Source: Eledone cirrhosa
Lineage: Eukaryota
Assembly (NCBI GenBank): GCA_964016885.1
Contig: OZ024741.1
Span: 199,888,001-199,952,000 of the forward strand
Direction of reading: 5' to 3'
DNA: 64,000 bases
The notes beneath the pieces are model-generated. The model worked only from the letters and a program-made list of their open reading frames with translations. It was not told the DNA's origin and searched no databases. Position 1 is the first letter of the stretch. Every line of letters starts with the position of its first letter. This document shows, piece by piece, positions 1-12,700 of this stretch. Both the position numbers and the translations under genes were made by a program.

Positions 1-1808
1 CTGCCGAGATGCTGAAGGCATCTGGGTCGGTAGGTCACACCTTAACCACACGAATTGTTAACCAGGTAATACTAGAGGGTATCATACCAAAGGATTGGTG
101 CAGCAGCATCATTATCAACTGCTACAAAGGTAGAGGTGATGCAGTAGATAGAGGAAACTATAGAGGTATAAAGCTGATGGACCAGGTCATGAAAGTAACG
201 GAAAGAGTTATAGCACAGTTGATTAGGGACCGGGTGAAACTAGATGAGATGCAATTTGGGTTTGTACCAGGAAAAGGCACCACTGATGCCCTCTTCCTTG
301 TGCGGCAGTTAAAGGAAAAGTACCTAGCTAAAAGTAATCCGCTCTAACAGGCATTCGTCGATCTGGAAAAAGCCTTCGACAGAGTTCCCCGTGCTATAAT
401 CTGGTGGGCTCTTAGAAAATTAGGAGTAGATGAATGGCTTGTGAAAGCTGTACAAGCCATGTATAGAGGAGCAGTAAGCAAAGTTAGAGTTAGCAAGGAC
501 TATAGCGAGGAATTTAGCATACAGGTCAGTGTCCACCAGCGCTCTGTTCTTAGCCCTCTCCTGTTCATTATAGTTATGCAGGCAATAACGGAGGAGTTTA
601 AGACCGGATGCCCATGGGAATTCCTGTATGCGGATGATCTCGCACTTATAGCTGAATCCATGGTGGAAATAGAGAAGAAATTCCAAACTTGGAAGCAGGG
701 ACTAGAAAGAAGGGGCCTCAGAGTCAACCTGACAAAGACTAAGGTTCTTGTAAGTGGATGAGAAAACAGAACCCAGATTCCCCCAGGGAAATGGCCTTGC
801 TCAGTATGTAGGAAAGGTGTAGGTAGGAACTCCATTCTCTGCCCCAAATGCAAACAGTGGGTACACAAGAGATGTAGTGGGATCTCAGGAAGTTTAACTA
901 AGAATGTAGGCTTCATATGTAGCAGCTGTGCTGGGACAGCGACCACAGGAAACAAACACCACCAAACTCGGGGAGGGCTCTGTAGAAACAGTAAACAGCT
1001 TCTGCTACCTAGGTGACTGAATTAGCAGCGGAGGTGGGTGTTTGGAAAGTACAATAACGGGATGGAAGAAGTTCAGGGAGCTACTGCCACTGCTAGCTGC
1101 AAAAGGCTTTTCCCTCAAAATGAAAGGCAGACTGTATGATGCGTGTATACGAACAGCAATGTTACATGGAAGTGAAACATGGGCGCTGTCTGTAGAAGAA
1201 TTGCGCAGATTAGAAAGAAACGAAGCTTGTATGCTCCGATGGATGTGTAATAGTAATATACGCGAACAGCAAAGCATAAACGAATTGAGAGAGAGACTGA
1301 GCATAAGAGGAATCAAATGCTGTGTAGAGGAGAGGTGGTTACGTTGGTATGGACATGTGATGCGTATGAAGGATGATAGCTGCATAAAAAGGTGCAGAGG
1401 ACTAGAAGTCGATGGAAGCCGCGGAGTGGGGAAACCCAAGAAGACCTGGGATGAGGTGATAAAGGCCGACCTTACCTAATTGCACCTCTCAAGAACAATG
1501 ACACACGACCGTGACCTCTGGCATCACGCAGTAATACAGAAGACCTGACCCCCCACAGGAACAAGCCGAAGCTGAATCATATAGACAATATGCCCCCACT
1601 GCAAAGTGGAGGTGCCACAGAAAAAAAGCACCCAGCACTCACTGTAAATGAGGTTGGTGTTAGGAAGGGCATCCAGCTGTAGAAATCAAGCCAAAATCAG
1701 CTCCTGTATGAGCAAGACAAGGTCAGCCAACTGGACACTGCTCAAAACAGGACAACCCGTTTAACACATGCTAGCGTGGAAGAAGGGACATAAAACAGTG
1801 ATGATGAT
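1..1808 (+). mobile_element. RTE-clade LINE, 3' part (RT with YADD, PHD-type finger, 3' UTR, (ATG)n tail); defective
   Basis: ORF pieces 9-347, 441-761 and 1042-1479 contain NYRGIKL, QFGFVPG, DLEKAFDRV, QRSVLSPLLF, LYADDL and RWYGHVMRM. Several stops and frameshifts. GATGATGAT tail at ~1800. Confidence 0.93.
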
Positions 1809-1917
1809 AAATCCCGCTGAGGTTAACTTTGCCTTTCATCCTTACGGAGTCGATAAAATAAAGTACCAGTAATGCACTGAGATAATTGCTGGCCTTGTGC
1901 CAATAGTAGAAACAATT
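1809..1917 (+). mobile_element. tRNA-derived SINE family A (Nin/Deu-domain-like), 3' fragment
   Basis: GAGGTTAACTTTGCCTTTCATCCTTACGGAGTCGATAAAATAAAGTACCAG...GTAGAAACAATT, shared with more than 10 copies in the window. Confidence 0.8.
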
Positions 1918-2177
1918 ATTATAGGCTATTAAAACAATCACATATTACCAAATCAGTATATTTTAGTACAAAAACTGTGTATGCACTGCATTAAAATCTA
2001 TAGTAATTGTGACTCAAAATATAACATAAATCATATAAATTCTATCCAGACTGTTCCATTTACACTCATCATTCTAAATAAGCACATATATCAGTTTTCT
2101 GTCATGCGTCCCTTTATATACATGAGTATAGATACATATCAGTCTTTCTCTCTCTCGATGATGTATATATATATATA

Positions 2178-2407
2178 TGGGCGCCGTCTGTAGAAGACTT
2201 GCGCAGATTAAAAAGAAACGAAGCTTGCATGCTCCGATGGATGTGTAATAGTAATATACGCAAACGGCAAAGTTTAAACGAATTGAGAGAGAGACTGAGC
2301 ATCAGAGGAATCAAATGCTGTGTGCAGGAGAGGAGGTTACGTTGGTATGGACATGTGATGCGTATGAAGGATGTCAGCTGCATAAAAAGGTGCAGAGCAC
2401 TAAAAGT
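2178..2407 (+). mobile_element. RTE fragment (RT C-terminal region)
   Basis: Near copy of 1180-1408 (LRWMCNSN...RWYGHVMRM), with its 5' end abutting (TA)n. Confidence 0.85.
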
Positions 2408-2408
2408 C

Positions 2409-2770
2409 ACATGGCTTAGTGGTTAGAGCATTGGCCTTGCAATCGAGAGGTTGTGAGTTCAATTCTCAGACCAGGTGATGTGTTGTTTCCTTGAGCAAGA
2501 CACTTTATTTCACGTTGCTCAGCTGTAGAAATGAGATGATAGGACCGGGGTCCCTATCATTCCACTGCAAAGTGGTCGTGGAGGTGTCACGGCAAAAAGG
2601 CACCCAGTCCACACTGTAAAGTGGACGTGTAGGCGCCATGGAAATAAAGGCACCCAGCACTCACTGTAAATGAGGGTGGTGTTAGGAAGGGCATCCAGCT
2701 GTAGAAATCAAGCCAGAATTAGTCCCGTCCCACCCTTGCAAGCAGGGAAAAGCAGACGTAAAATGATGTA
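2409..2770 (+). mobile_element. Composite tRNA-derived SINE family B with RTE-derived tail
   Basis: A-box TGGCTTAGTGG and B-box GAGTTCAATTC, then an RTE-like 3' end. Matches 47505-47842 and 53444-53778. Confidence 0.8.
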
Positions 2771-3969
2771 AACATATATGTATGTACGTGTACATACTTA
2801 TATTTAAGTAACAGTCGTACTAAGAGTGGGAAATGAAATTTCGTTTCATTTTTTCCGATGATGATGATGATATATATATATATACACACATGTATATACA
2901 TATATACACACATATATATATATATATATACACACACACATGTATGTGATCACCATTTTATGTCCATATTCCAATCTTCTTTGTGTGCTTCAGTGATTTG
3001 ATATCCGCTCTCACCTCCTCTACTGTAGTTTTCTTCCACTGGGATTTCTTGGCACTTCTACCTGCCGTGATCATCATCTACATGTCACATGTCCATGCAC
3101 ATTGGAGTGGCACAGTACCTCGGCTTCTTTGTATGTGAGGAGGCCAAGGCACTGTGCCACAGATACTGTTGGGGAGCAGTGGTCAACAAGTTTGGTTTGC
3201 ACCCATTATCTTGTCACCTTAGCGTAGGCCAGCTCCCCCATCATGTTGTTCTGAATGACAGCATCAGAAAGAACCTCAATGTAGTCAGTTTTCCTTCATA
3301 ACTGGAGTTGGTTGGCCTTGGCCCTGGTGATAGAAAGTGCCCCGACTGATTAACGCTCTTTCCTTTCAAGGGGGTCAAATTCCTAAATTGAAATGCAGCA
3401 ACTTGTTCTACGAGCTGCAATGTAGAGGAGTGGAAGATAGTCAAATACCGGGGCCTGACCAGCCGACTTCCTCTTTGCACAGGTCTCTGTCGAGACCTCT
3501 GGCATCCTTGGTCCCTGCATTGCTGATTTCCTCCATAAAGTTGGAAAGACAGCAGCCCACTTGAAAAGGGAGCCCTGTGAGGTGGGGTAGCTGTTGTAAT
3601 GGGTGTCTCTGTGGTAACGCTTTTGCTGTTTTGTTTGTGGGGCACAGCTGAGACTGGGGTGTTATGACTGTCCCTTTCTTTTGTTGCTTGATCCTTCTTT
3701 TTCTCCTTTACATTTTCTTTATTGATACTAGCTATTAAATTTACTTAGACACTAAATATATAAACATTCCTATGCTCTTATTTACCCCTTATTATCTTTT
3801 GGGTTTTTCCAAAAATGATTTAGTGTTCTATTTCCTTGTCCTAATAGGCCCTAAAGAGATGTGATAGTAATAAAAATAAATGTAATGTAAAATGTAATTT
3901 CATAGAAAATGAATATTTCCAACCTTTTGGAGTTGATAAATTTCTTTTTCCTCTCGACAGCTAGACTTA

Positions 3970-4184
3970 CATAGGGGGTGCTGAACAGTTCCTGACTTTG
4001 GGTAAAAGTAAATACAGAATCAGTTAATTATGAATATATTCAACATATTCCCCTCTCAGATTCACACACTTATTGCAGTGGTCCTTCATTTTTTCTAAAT
4101 CCTGTAAAAAGAACTCGGAAGGTGGGGCCTCCAACCAGGCCTCTGTGATACCCTTAAAGACAAGAACTTTTCAGCACTAGCTCG
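3970..4184. mobile_element. Mariner-derived MITE
   Basis: TA-flanked imperfect TIRs CATAGGGGGTGCTGAACAGTTC / GAACTTTTCAGCACTAGCTCG, resembling the mariner TIR at 46194. Confidence 0.65.
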
Positions 4185-4300
4185 TATATTTTATTTAGCT
4201 TGATTACTTATTGCTGATACCCGTGCCACGCCAAATTCCGATGATTTGACTCAAAATTGATTAATTAAAAATAATTCCTTAGGTTTGGGTTGACAAGTGG

Positions 4301-4722
4301 CTACAGAAATAATCAAAACTCCGATAAATATATTAATATAAATCACCACTTCGTGGGCCCGGCGGACAGGATCGAGAAGACATTGCCTTGGAAAATAGCG
4401 AGGGGGCGCACTGGATCAGTCATTCCATTTTGTGGGTAGCCAACTCCGCCTAGATAGCAGTGTAGGGATTTGGTTCGGGGGTCAAGAACGGCAACCTGCC
4501 CAGGCTTCGCTGCTCGCCAAGCCGAAGAGGGCTAATTGTCAAAGTATCGGTCGCTCTCTGATAGGTGTGGTCGAGCCTATTGCAGTGTAAACTTCAGGCG
4601 TTCTTGGCCCCCGGACCACATCCCCACCCACTGTTATCAAGGTAAATCTTCTCCATCCCGTCCGCCGGGACCACTAGGCGGTGATTTATATTAATATACG
4701 ATCTGAGTTTTTATTATATCTA
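4301..4722. mobile_element. MITE-like element with ~100-bp diverged inverted repeats
   Basis: TATTAATATAAATCACC..GGCGGACAGGAT..GAGAAGA at ~4331 versus TCTTCTCCATCCCGTCCGCC..GGTGATTTATATTAATA ending ~4696. GC-rich core. Confidence 0.55.
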
Positions 4723-5687
4723 TTAAAAAAAAACAAAACTATTTTTAATGTTCAATAAAATGTTTCTTGGATACCATTGAAATGGTAATTAGACAGTTAC
4801 ATAGTTAAAAGCATATGTAATGCTAAGAACATTAAGCAGTAAAAAAACACAAAAAAACGACGTTTTTCAAAAGTAAATATGGTAAACAGCTCAGGCTGCA
4901 TTTCACCTCTTGGAATATCTTCCGACGAGGTCTTGAAATATTTTTTCCAGCTTATCAAAACAGATAAGTTAGTTTTAACATATTTCGTGTAGTAAGGATT
5001 AAAAAATACAACTAACTATAAATAATTAAGCGGTTAGGAAACTAAATTAGTTGACTAACGCCGAACGTTCAAATCCCGCCGAGGTTAACTTTGCCTTTCA
5101 TCCTTACGAGGTCGATAAAATAAAGTACCAGTAATACACTGGTTAATTGCTGGCCTTGTGCCAAAAGTAGAAACAATTATTTTAATTATTTTGGCAAATA
5201 CGGGAGATAACTTAGCAAAGCAGACCTCACCGTTCTTGCCTAAGTATGATGGAAGTATCACTAAATTTGCAACATTGTACACTGGTTGATCTACAAAAAT
5301 AAAATTGTTGAAGTATTAGACTTACAAAAATATACTTTGACTTTTTAATACTAAAACTATTAATTATGATTCACTTATATATCAATTACCTATCAAAGGA
5401 TGATGTATGTCCAAGTAAAATTTTATCTTCCACACCAACACTTGTTTGTATATCTAGTTTTCTCCAACACTTGTACATCTAATTCACAAGTACTTCAGCA
5501 AATCACGTACTCTTCGCTAAAGAGATTATAAAATATGTATCCAACTGTCAATCGTCTTTTTGTTTTTACGGATGAAAAAACAAAAAAAAAGCAATATTAG
5601 CCATCGACTAAAATCGTTTTCTTTTTTAACCGTATATTTAAATGTACATTAACTGTATTGTGTCAATCATTAAATGTAATTATGCCT

Positions 5688-6264
5688 GCGGTGGATTGGC
5701 AGTATCGGTAGAGGGTCTGAGTTCAAATCCCACCGAGGTTGACTTTCATCCTTACGGGGTCGATAAAATAAAGGGCGATATCCAATTTTAGCGGCCTAAA
5801 TGCCGCTTACTTGCTGTAGTTGCTGTTTACTTCAATGTATGAGGCTATTCAAACAAATTTACATTCCCTTTTTTTAGCCGTTAAAAGAAATATAGATTTA
5901 TTTATTGTTTTTTTTTTTTAAATTTGCCACTGGGGCATAGATTTCTTTATTTGCCACGTTTTTGTTTAGCCTTTTGGGGTCACACACACCCCCGTAGAAA
6001 GTGTGCGACCTTTCTGCCAGGGAGCACAGAGAGAGGGGGGTGCTCCCTTCTTCTCTTACCTGTACAAACCATTTGTTGGCTGGCGACATATCCCCAGTTT
6101 CCTCGTTCTGGGAATGTAAATTTGTTGGAATAGCCTCATACATTGAAGTAAGCAGCAACTACAGCAAGTAAGCGGCATTTAGGCCGCTAAAATTGGATAT
6201 CGCCAAATAAAGTACCAGTAATGCACTGTGTAATTGCTGGCCTTGTGCCTAAAGTAGAAACAAT
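5688..6264 (+). mobile_element. SINE family A, interrupted by a MITE, with TSD TAAATGTAATTATGCCT
   Basis: SINE 5' part 5688-5773 and 3' part 6205-6264. The direct repeat lies at ~5671-5687 and ~6265-6281. Confidence 0.85.
5774..6204. mobile_element. 431-bp MITE with 95-bp TIRs, GG termini and an 8-bp TSD (Merlin-like)
   Basis: GGCGATATCC...ACATTCCC (5774-5868) versus its reverse complement at 6110-6204, with 2 mismatches. TSD AAATAAAG at 5766-5773 and 6205-6212. Confidence 0.85.
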
Positions 6265-6344
6265 TAAATGTAATTATGCCTGCACATCTGACAAATTAAA
6301 AGACGGGGGCTTCGTATACCAAATTCATTGTGATACACACATTA

Positions 6345-6640
6345 GGATTCCCTCGTTAGCTGACAGATTTGTGGAGCTAAAGTAGCAGATAGTTACAAGT
6401 ATGATTTTTTATGACGTGGATAAAAGCGAACGGAAGAGGATAATTTAGTAAAGAAGAACGTTAACAAGACCAACTAAAAAAATATCGACATGTTACGAAA
6501 GTAATGGCTGTCATTGGTGTTACGTAACATTCACATGATCAGAATTGACCAATTAAACGTCACTTCGGTGACATCCCATAATTCTATAAGCAGAACTGAA
6601 AGTACTTTCTGAGAATTTTGCATCCGTATCTTACCTCAGT
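6345..6640 (+). promoter_or_regulatory. Candidate core/proximal promoter of the Rel gene
   Basis: Non-repetitive motif cluster upstream of the ATG exon: TGACGTGG 6412, CGGAAG 6431, ATTGG 6513, palindrome TGTTACGTAACA 6518-6529, CACATG 6532, CCAAT 6549, ACGTCA 6557, TATAAG 6585, TTCTGAGAA 6607, TCAGT 6636. Confidence 0.55.
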
Positions 6641-6771
6641 ATTTCGTTCAACAAATCGTGTTTTTTTAGTATTGTATTTTAAGCACCGCTGGATATTTAT
6701 TTACATTTCATATTTTCCAATAGAGTCGACTCATTATCTGGAGTACATTTTCAAAGATATACGACTCAGAC

Positions 6772-6784
6772 ATGGAGCCCTTCG
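6772..6784 (+). CDS. Rel: Rel/Dorsal-type NF-kB, putative first coding exon (MEPF+G)
   Basis: GACATGG Kozak-like ATG and donor G|GTTAGT. Its phase-1 end joins exon 37111 in frame. It lies downstream of the TATA/CCAAT cluster. Confidence 0.5.
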
Positions 6785-7307
6785 GTTAGTATTACTTTGA
6801 TATATGTAAATATTAACATTTACGTAGTAAATGTTTATCTACAATTAAATACTCATATTTGAGATGGGTTTTTTTTTCAATATCAAGTTATAAGTTGATA
6901 ATTTTTTCGGCCCTTCTGTAACATCTGTATTTCAAGATTCAAACGTTACATTTCAATTATCTTTACATGGATGATTATATTTAATAATCTTCATTAATTT
7001 ATTATATGGTGTTATCTTGTCTTAGTATTTCCCAAACACTTCACTTAAACGTCTTTTTTCAGGTATTGATAGGTTCCTATTTTGATTTCCGGTTTCATAT
7101 AAGGGTGCTTTTCATCAATAATGTTATTTATATTTAAAACATATTTGTTATGTTATTCTACTGTAAATTTATTTATATACTTTGTATACATCATGTGTTC
7201 ATATTTTCATTCCCATTTGTAACGTTATTTAATATAAAACATCATTGTATATGTAAATACAGTATACGGTTTTATTCATATTTCAGACAATCAAACATTA
7301 TAACTTA

Positions 7308-7492
7308 GCGGTGGATTGGCAGTATCGGTAGAGGGTCGGACGCCATGCTTTCCAGCATAGAGTTACGTCCTTTTACGATCTGAGTTCAAATCCCGCCGAG
7401 GTTGACTTTGCCTTTCATCCTTACGGGGTCGATAAAATAAAGTACCAGTAATGCACTGGGTAATTGCTGGCCTTGTGCCTAAAGTAGAAACA
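7308..7492 (+). mobile_element. SINE family A, full length, 11-bp TSD ATTATAACTTA
   Basis: GCGGTGGATTGGCAGTATCGG...GAGTTCAAATCCC (B-box)...GTAGAAAC. TSD at 7297-7307 and 7493-7503. Confidence 0.9.
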
Positions 7493-7937
7493 ATTATAAC
7501 TTAAATATATTAACAATCAATTTATCACATAAACTGTCAAATGGTTAGGTTAGTCATTTCATTGTTTACCTTTTCCAATTAACTTTACTAGTTGTCGCTA
7601 ATCATAAATTTAGACTTGTTGGGCCTCACGTTCTGAGTTAAATTGTAGCCTCAACTCCAGTATCAGTAAAATAACCGATGAATATACATAGGATATATAT
7701 AATTGTAGATATACTATTGGGATTCAATAATATATAGTAGGGGTATTGTGCATGGATGACGAATGCATTCTCTTCCTATGGCAGTAAAACGAGCTATGTG
7801 TCTGTAATAATTTCTAACAGGACACAAGGTCACACATTTTGTTAATCAGTTAAATCTCCTTAGTACTTACTGGTACTTTATTGTATCGACCCAGAAGGAA
7901 TAAAAACAAAGTTGAATTCGACCGGATTTGAACTCTG

Positions 7938-8126
7938 CAAGGCATTTTGTTAGATATTCTACCGATTTTGAATACTCAAGGTATTTTGTTAGATATTCTA
8001 CCGATTTTGAATACTCAAGGTATTTTGTTAGATATTCTACCGATTTTGAATACTCAAGGCATTTTGTTAGATATTCTACCGATTTTGAATACTCAAGGTA
8101 TTTTGTTAGATATTCTACCGATTTTG
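7938..8126. repeat. 39-bp minisatellite (~4.8 copies) inside an older minus-strand SINE
   Basis: Unit CAAGG(C/T)ATTTTGTTAGATATTCTACCGATTTTGAATACT at 7938, 7977, 8016, 8055 and 8094 (partial). Confidence 0.95.
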
Positions 8127-8153
8127 CCAATCTATTGCCATCCTATGATAAAT

Positions 8154-8342
8154 AATTATTTCTACTTTTGGCACAAGGCCAGCAATTACTCAGTCATTAC
8201 TGGTTCTTTATTTTATAGACCCCGTAAGGATGAAAGGCAAAGTTAACCTCGGCGGGATTTGAACTCAGATCATAAAGGACCGTAACTCTTTGCTGCAAAG
8301 CATGTCGTCCGACCCTCTACCGATACTGCCAATCCACCGCCC
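8154..8342 (-). mobile_element. SINE family A
   Basis: Reverse complement of the 7308 copy. Confidence 0.88.
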
Positions 8343-8844
8343 TATAATTAATTGCTTTTGACAGGTTGCTTTTATAAATAGGAAGTGAAATCGACTGAAT
8401 TGACTCACTATATTACTTAGTTGATTGATTGAAAATATGTACTTAGTTGATTGATTGAAACTATGTAAATTTGACTCAAGGGGAATTTTAGACGGAGAAA
8501 CCGTGAGCCTCCTAAACTATAACAATTTTGACGTCTAAAGTTTTACATGAAGTCAATCGGAAATAATGTCTTGTTTTCCTATTCACGTGCTATCGATTGA
8601 CTCCCAAATACAATTTTGATAATGTTTACAAGTTGGTATTTTCGGCTATTACATGTGTAGTGATAAATGAGCAGAAACAATTCAGAATATCAAAACATGT
8701 TTTATTAATAACAAGAGTAGTTGCGTACCGAAGTATCCCATTAAAAATAATTATCCTACACGAGATTAACGTGACATAACGACGTAGAAAAAAACTAATA
8801 TTAAAATCCTATCCAATATTAATTATAGAGAAAATATATTCATA

Positions 8845-11800
8845 CCAGCGGGACCCGTGGAAATTCCACGGACGAAAGAGGAGCTATTTAAGAAAAAGGC
8901 ATTATTTCTATTGCATATAAATCTTATTGTTGCTTGTGCAATAAATAATACATAAATATACAATAACAATCTATACAATACTTAGTACAGATATTCTTTA
9001 GTATTTAATTCTATTGAAACTGCAACATTAATATATAATTGCATATTCCTCAATTATTTTACATTATATACAAATACAAAACGATATAGAGATTATACAC
9101 AATCTTTCCAAAGTAAAAGAGATGTTGGGATCACTGGGTGCTAACTTCAGTCTTGAGATCAAAACACACCTGCCCATCAAAGGACCATTGATATGAGAAG
9201 CTTCAATAAAATGTTGATGCAGTCCTACTACTTCTAATCTTGTGCCCTTGCATAATCCAAACTGGATTGAAACATTCCGTAGAAGCACTTTGCTAACTCT
9301 CTTTGATCTTCTCTTATTCTGATATTATTACTTAATCTAAAATGTTGAAAGAAATGCCAAAGATGGGAGCTTTTCAGCAGTTTCCCGAAGTCACCAACCA
9401 AAAGCAAAACCTTTCCTCCAAACACTACATTGAAGGCACTTGTGAATGGCATGAATTGCATAGGAAGGAATCATAGAAGCCTTGTCCAGCATTATGAGAT
9501 CCAGTTTCTGTAATTAATTAGCATGGTCAGATGAACCAGACACATTGCATACACTGGTCTCTGTTAGTGGAACATGTAGTTTAAATAAATTGTGCATAGT
9601 TCTACCTCCCAGCAGCAGTGCAGATGCTATGCTAGTCCAAGCACCGCAACATACCTGATAGTTATTCATCTGGAGGTGCAAAATCAGTGTATTGAACAGG
9701 TATGTTTTGCCACACCCTTCAGATACATCTGCATAGAACCAGGTATGTGCAGGCCTTTCATTTTCTGTTGAACAGCATCAGCAATCATTTGTTGCTCTTC
9801 AATATCAGGGTGGTTGATGTTAACTTGATGATCAGGTTGAAGCATCTCATGGGCTGAGGTAGGCCAAGTCTTATGCAGTTGATACCGTTTTCAATCAATA
9901 TTGTGTTAATGTCACCAAGTGCCATATTTTCAGCTTGCTGACTATCCATTCCTTGATGTAAATAGTCATTAATCATTGACTCCTTATGGGTGTTTCATTA
10001 TGGCAATGCATTGGCTGGCACAATAAATACACAGTGCAGCGAACATCATACAAAGTTGTGTTGGTATCTGGTGGGTAGCAGCTTCCTGTAGAACTTGGCT
10101 TAAATAGTAATCATTTTCAATAAGACCAAGTCGCAAGTAGGCCTCTTTGAAGGTTGGAAATGTTTCTCCTCCATTGTTTGTTGTTCTTCAAAGATCTTAG
10201 TGCCTGGCACGTGTAGTAACAATATTCTTAAATAAAAATGTTCAACAACTCTGTGGCTGACTGTACATTCTACTAATGATATTGTTCCTTCTTGGCATCC
10301 ATTTTCTGTTGGTTTCATTGAACACAGTGCTCTTGAATTTCTGGATATAGGTATTTGCTTGCATTTTTGTCTTCTTCATTTAGCTTGAAGTAGGCAGTAA
10401 GGGTCGTATCTCAATATCCCTGCATTTCTACTGTGACCTCAGCATTGTCTCTTTGAAGGTAAACTCTTTTTGTTCTCCAGGTGTATGGCTATCCTGTACA
10501 CTATGTAATGCACTATGATGCTTAAATTCAGACACACATACTTGCAATGAAGATAGTTTCTTATTTCATCATGGTTATGTTGGTTCTGAGTTTCATTAGG
10601 TAATGCATTATTCGTTACTTCTATAGATGCTCAATCATACTCCTTGTAAACATATTTAAAGAGATACTTGATGCTTTTTACAGAAGATTAATATCTGCAC
10701 AATATTTCTTTAGCAAAAAGGTATTAAACGGCATATCATTCCTGTTATCTACTGAATGTCGTCCAATTTGCACTGCAGTTCCTGTTTTGCGCCTCCTGTA
10801 CTTTGGATATCCATTTAGGTTCAATAATGTTTCCTCTCTGTAGGTTTTTGAATAGTTCTTTTTGCAAAATCCATTTTGCATACATGGGGATAAAGGGGTT
10901 CCAGAACCATATGGCCCATGGATCATAGATATTTTACCTGCTCATATAGTAGCAGATCATCTTCTACTGCAGATATTTCTGCTGACACGATTCTGTCAAT
11001 GTCTTCTATTTCTTATCTTGTCTTCATTTCTTAAGATGACCAACATATGGCAATGAGGAAGTCCTCTTTTTTTGGAACTCAATGACATAAATATGAGCCA
11101 CTGGCATGTCAAGAATGTGTCTTTCTTTGATATCTTTCATCATTTCAGAAAGCTTAGCCTTAAAAACCAGGCAACTAAATCTGGTCTGTTTTCTGCTGCT
11201 TCATTTTGATTTAAATTATTTCAGGGCAACAATTCTCATAGAATTCTGAAAGTATTGATGCATGTTTCTTAGGCTGCCAGTGAAGGAAAATGGCAAAATA
11301 ACTGGTACCCCAGGCTCAGTGTTATCATCTGCTCCTCTCTTTATATAATCCATTAAACCATTATACTCATTCATTCACAATTGAACTTGATTGTTCCTCA
11401 AGTATTGGAGCCTGCATCTCTCTACTTTCATATAGGCATCCACTACATACTGCTGAAATAATTTGCCTGTCCTATGTATCACATTAAATCCTTCTCTATA
11501 TGCTATATGGTATCTAATACTCCTTCATTGTCAGTCTATTGTGGATGCAGGTCCTATGTTACTCTGCATGCTGCATGCCACTATGCCACCCAAATTCACC
11601 ATGTGGAAACAATAAAGGGTAGGTTATGGGGTCTAAGTGGAATGAAGTATATAGTATTTTCTGAGGAGGATGGTATTTAGGGTAGATGACAATATCTCTG
11701 TGTACAGGGGGTGCACCATCTATCCCCACAAAAACAGCAGCTATTTCATTGCTAGTTGGTAAATTGTAGCACCTCATATATGATCCTCATGTAAATCTTC

Positions 11801-12700
11801 ATTCACAGTTCATGATTTTCTCTTCTTGCTCATTGCTGCTCTTCTTGTTCTCTGGCATGCATTGTATTGTACACTTCAGCATATTGATTACATTCATGCA
11901 ACACCTTATCATAGTCATTGTTTGCATTAAACAGTCATTATATTGCAGTGCTTCCAATCTGTGCTGCACAGCCTCATTTGCATCAATAATATATAGCTGG
12001 CCATATTGTGGTGTATTTTCTGTAGGGTACAGAGGTGTGGTATTGTGATATGTTGGACCCTGAATACGAAAGAATACGGGCCTCTGCCAGGTGGTAAGGC
12101 AAATTTAAGACTAAATGAAACGAAACAAAATGCACAGTTGTAATTTCGGATGTTCCTGTGAAATATAACTACTTCCTGGCCTCTTTCAAAGAGATTTCTC
12201 AGTCACTCAGGGTATATTTGCAATGGAGGCAGCACAACTCTTCACTTATTACAACAGTTATAATTTTCATTTCTAAATTTCAAAGCTCCACAATGATTAC
12301 ACAAAACATTCTTATCACCAATATGAAATTCTTCTACGTTGCCATTAATATTAATTGCTGGGCAATTTCTCCTACAACACTCATTGTGCATTCTATTCTG
12401 TCTGAAATTGAGCAGTTCTTAAGCATTCATGTTTTCTATTCTAAGTCTATGTGCATCTTTCTGCTGCTCAAGATAATGTACTCGTTCATTCTTATGCATG
12501 TGATCTCTTTTTTCTTGTTGCCTAAGCCTATCACATTGTAAATGTAATGCATGTTCTTGGACCATATTATCTCTTCTTTCTTGTTGTCTGATGATGTATG
12601 AGTTGTGTATGAGTATATAAATATAAAGGCTCAAACACACATATACTAACACAAACACACACAGCATTTCACTGCGCCCTTCCTTCCTCAGTCGCCACAT
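8845..12700 (-). mobile_element. Decayed Helitron (Rep/HUH + Pif1 helicase pseudogene)
   Basis: Minus-strand fragments YNLPTSNEIAAVF..YPLLFPHGE, EFQK/RGLPHCHML (HUH, ~11040-11085), MIHGP..PCM..GYPKYRRR, GCGKTY (Walker A, ~9700) and LLRN..GLCKGTRL. The 3' hairpin CCGTGGAA-T-TTCCACGG (8855-8871) is followed by CTGG|T. The 5' boundary is approximate. Confidence 0.9.

Noticed and set aside
2940-3720. Possible host exon or gene on the minus strand
   Set aside because: Stop-interrupted with no clear splice pattern. It is more likely a decayed LINE ORF1 fragment and could not be assigned.
7938-8126. CRISPR-like array or repetitive protein ORFs
   Set aside because: Head-to-tail 39-bp units with no unique spacers, derived from a SINE, in a eukaryotic context.
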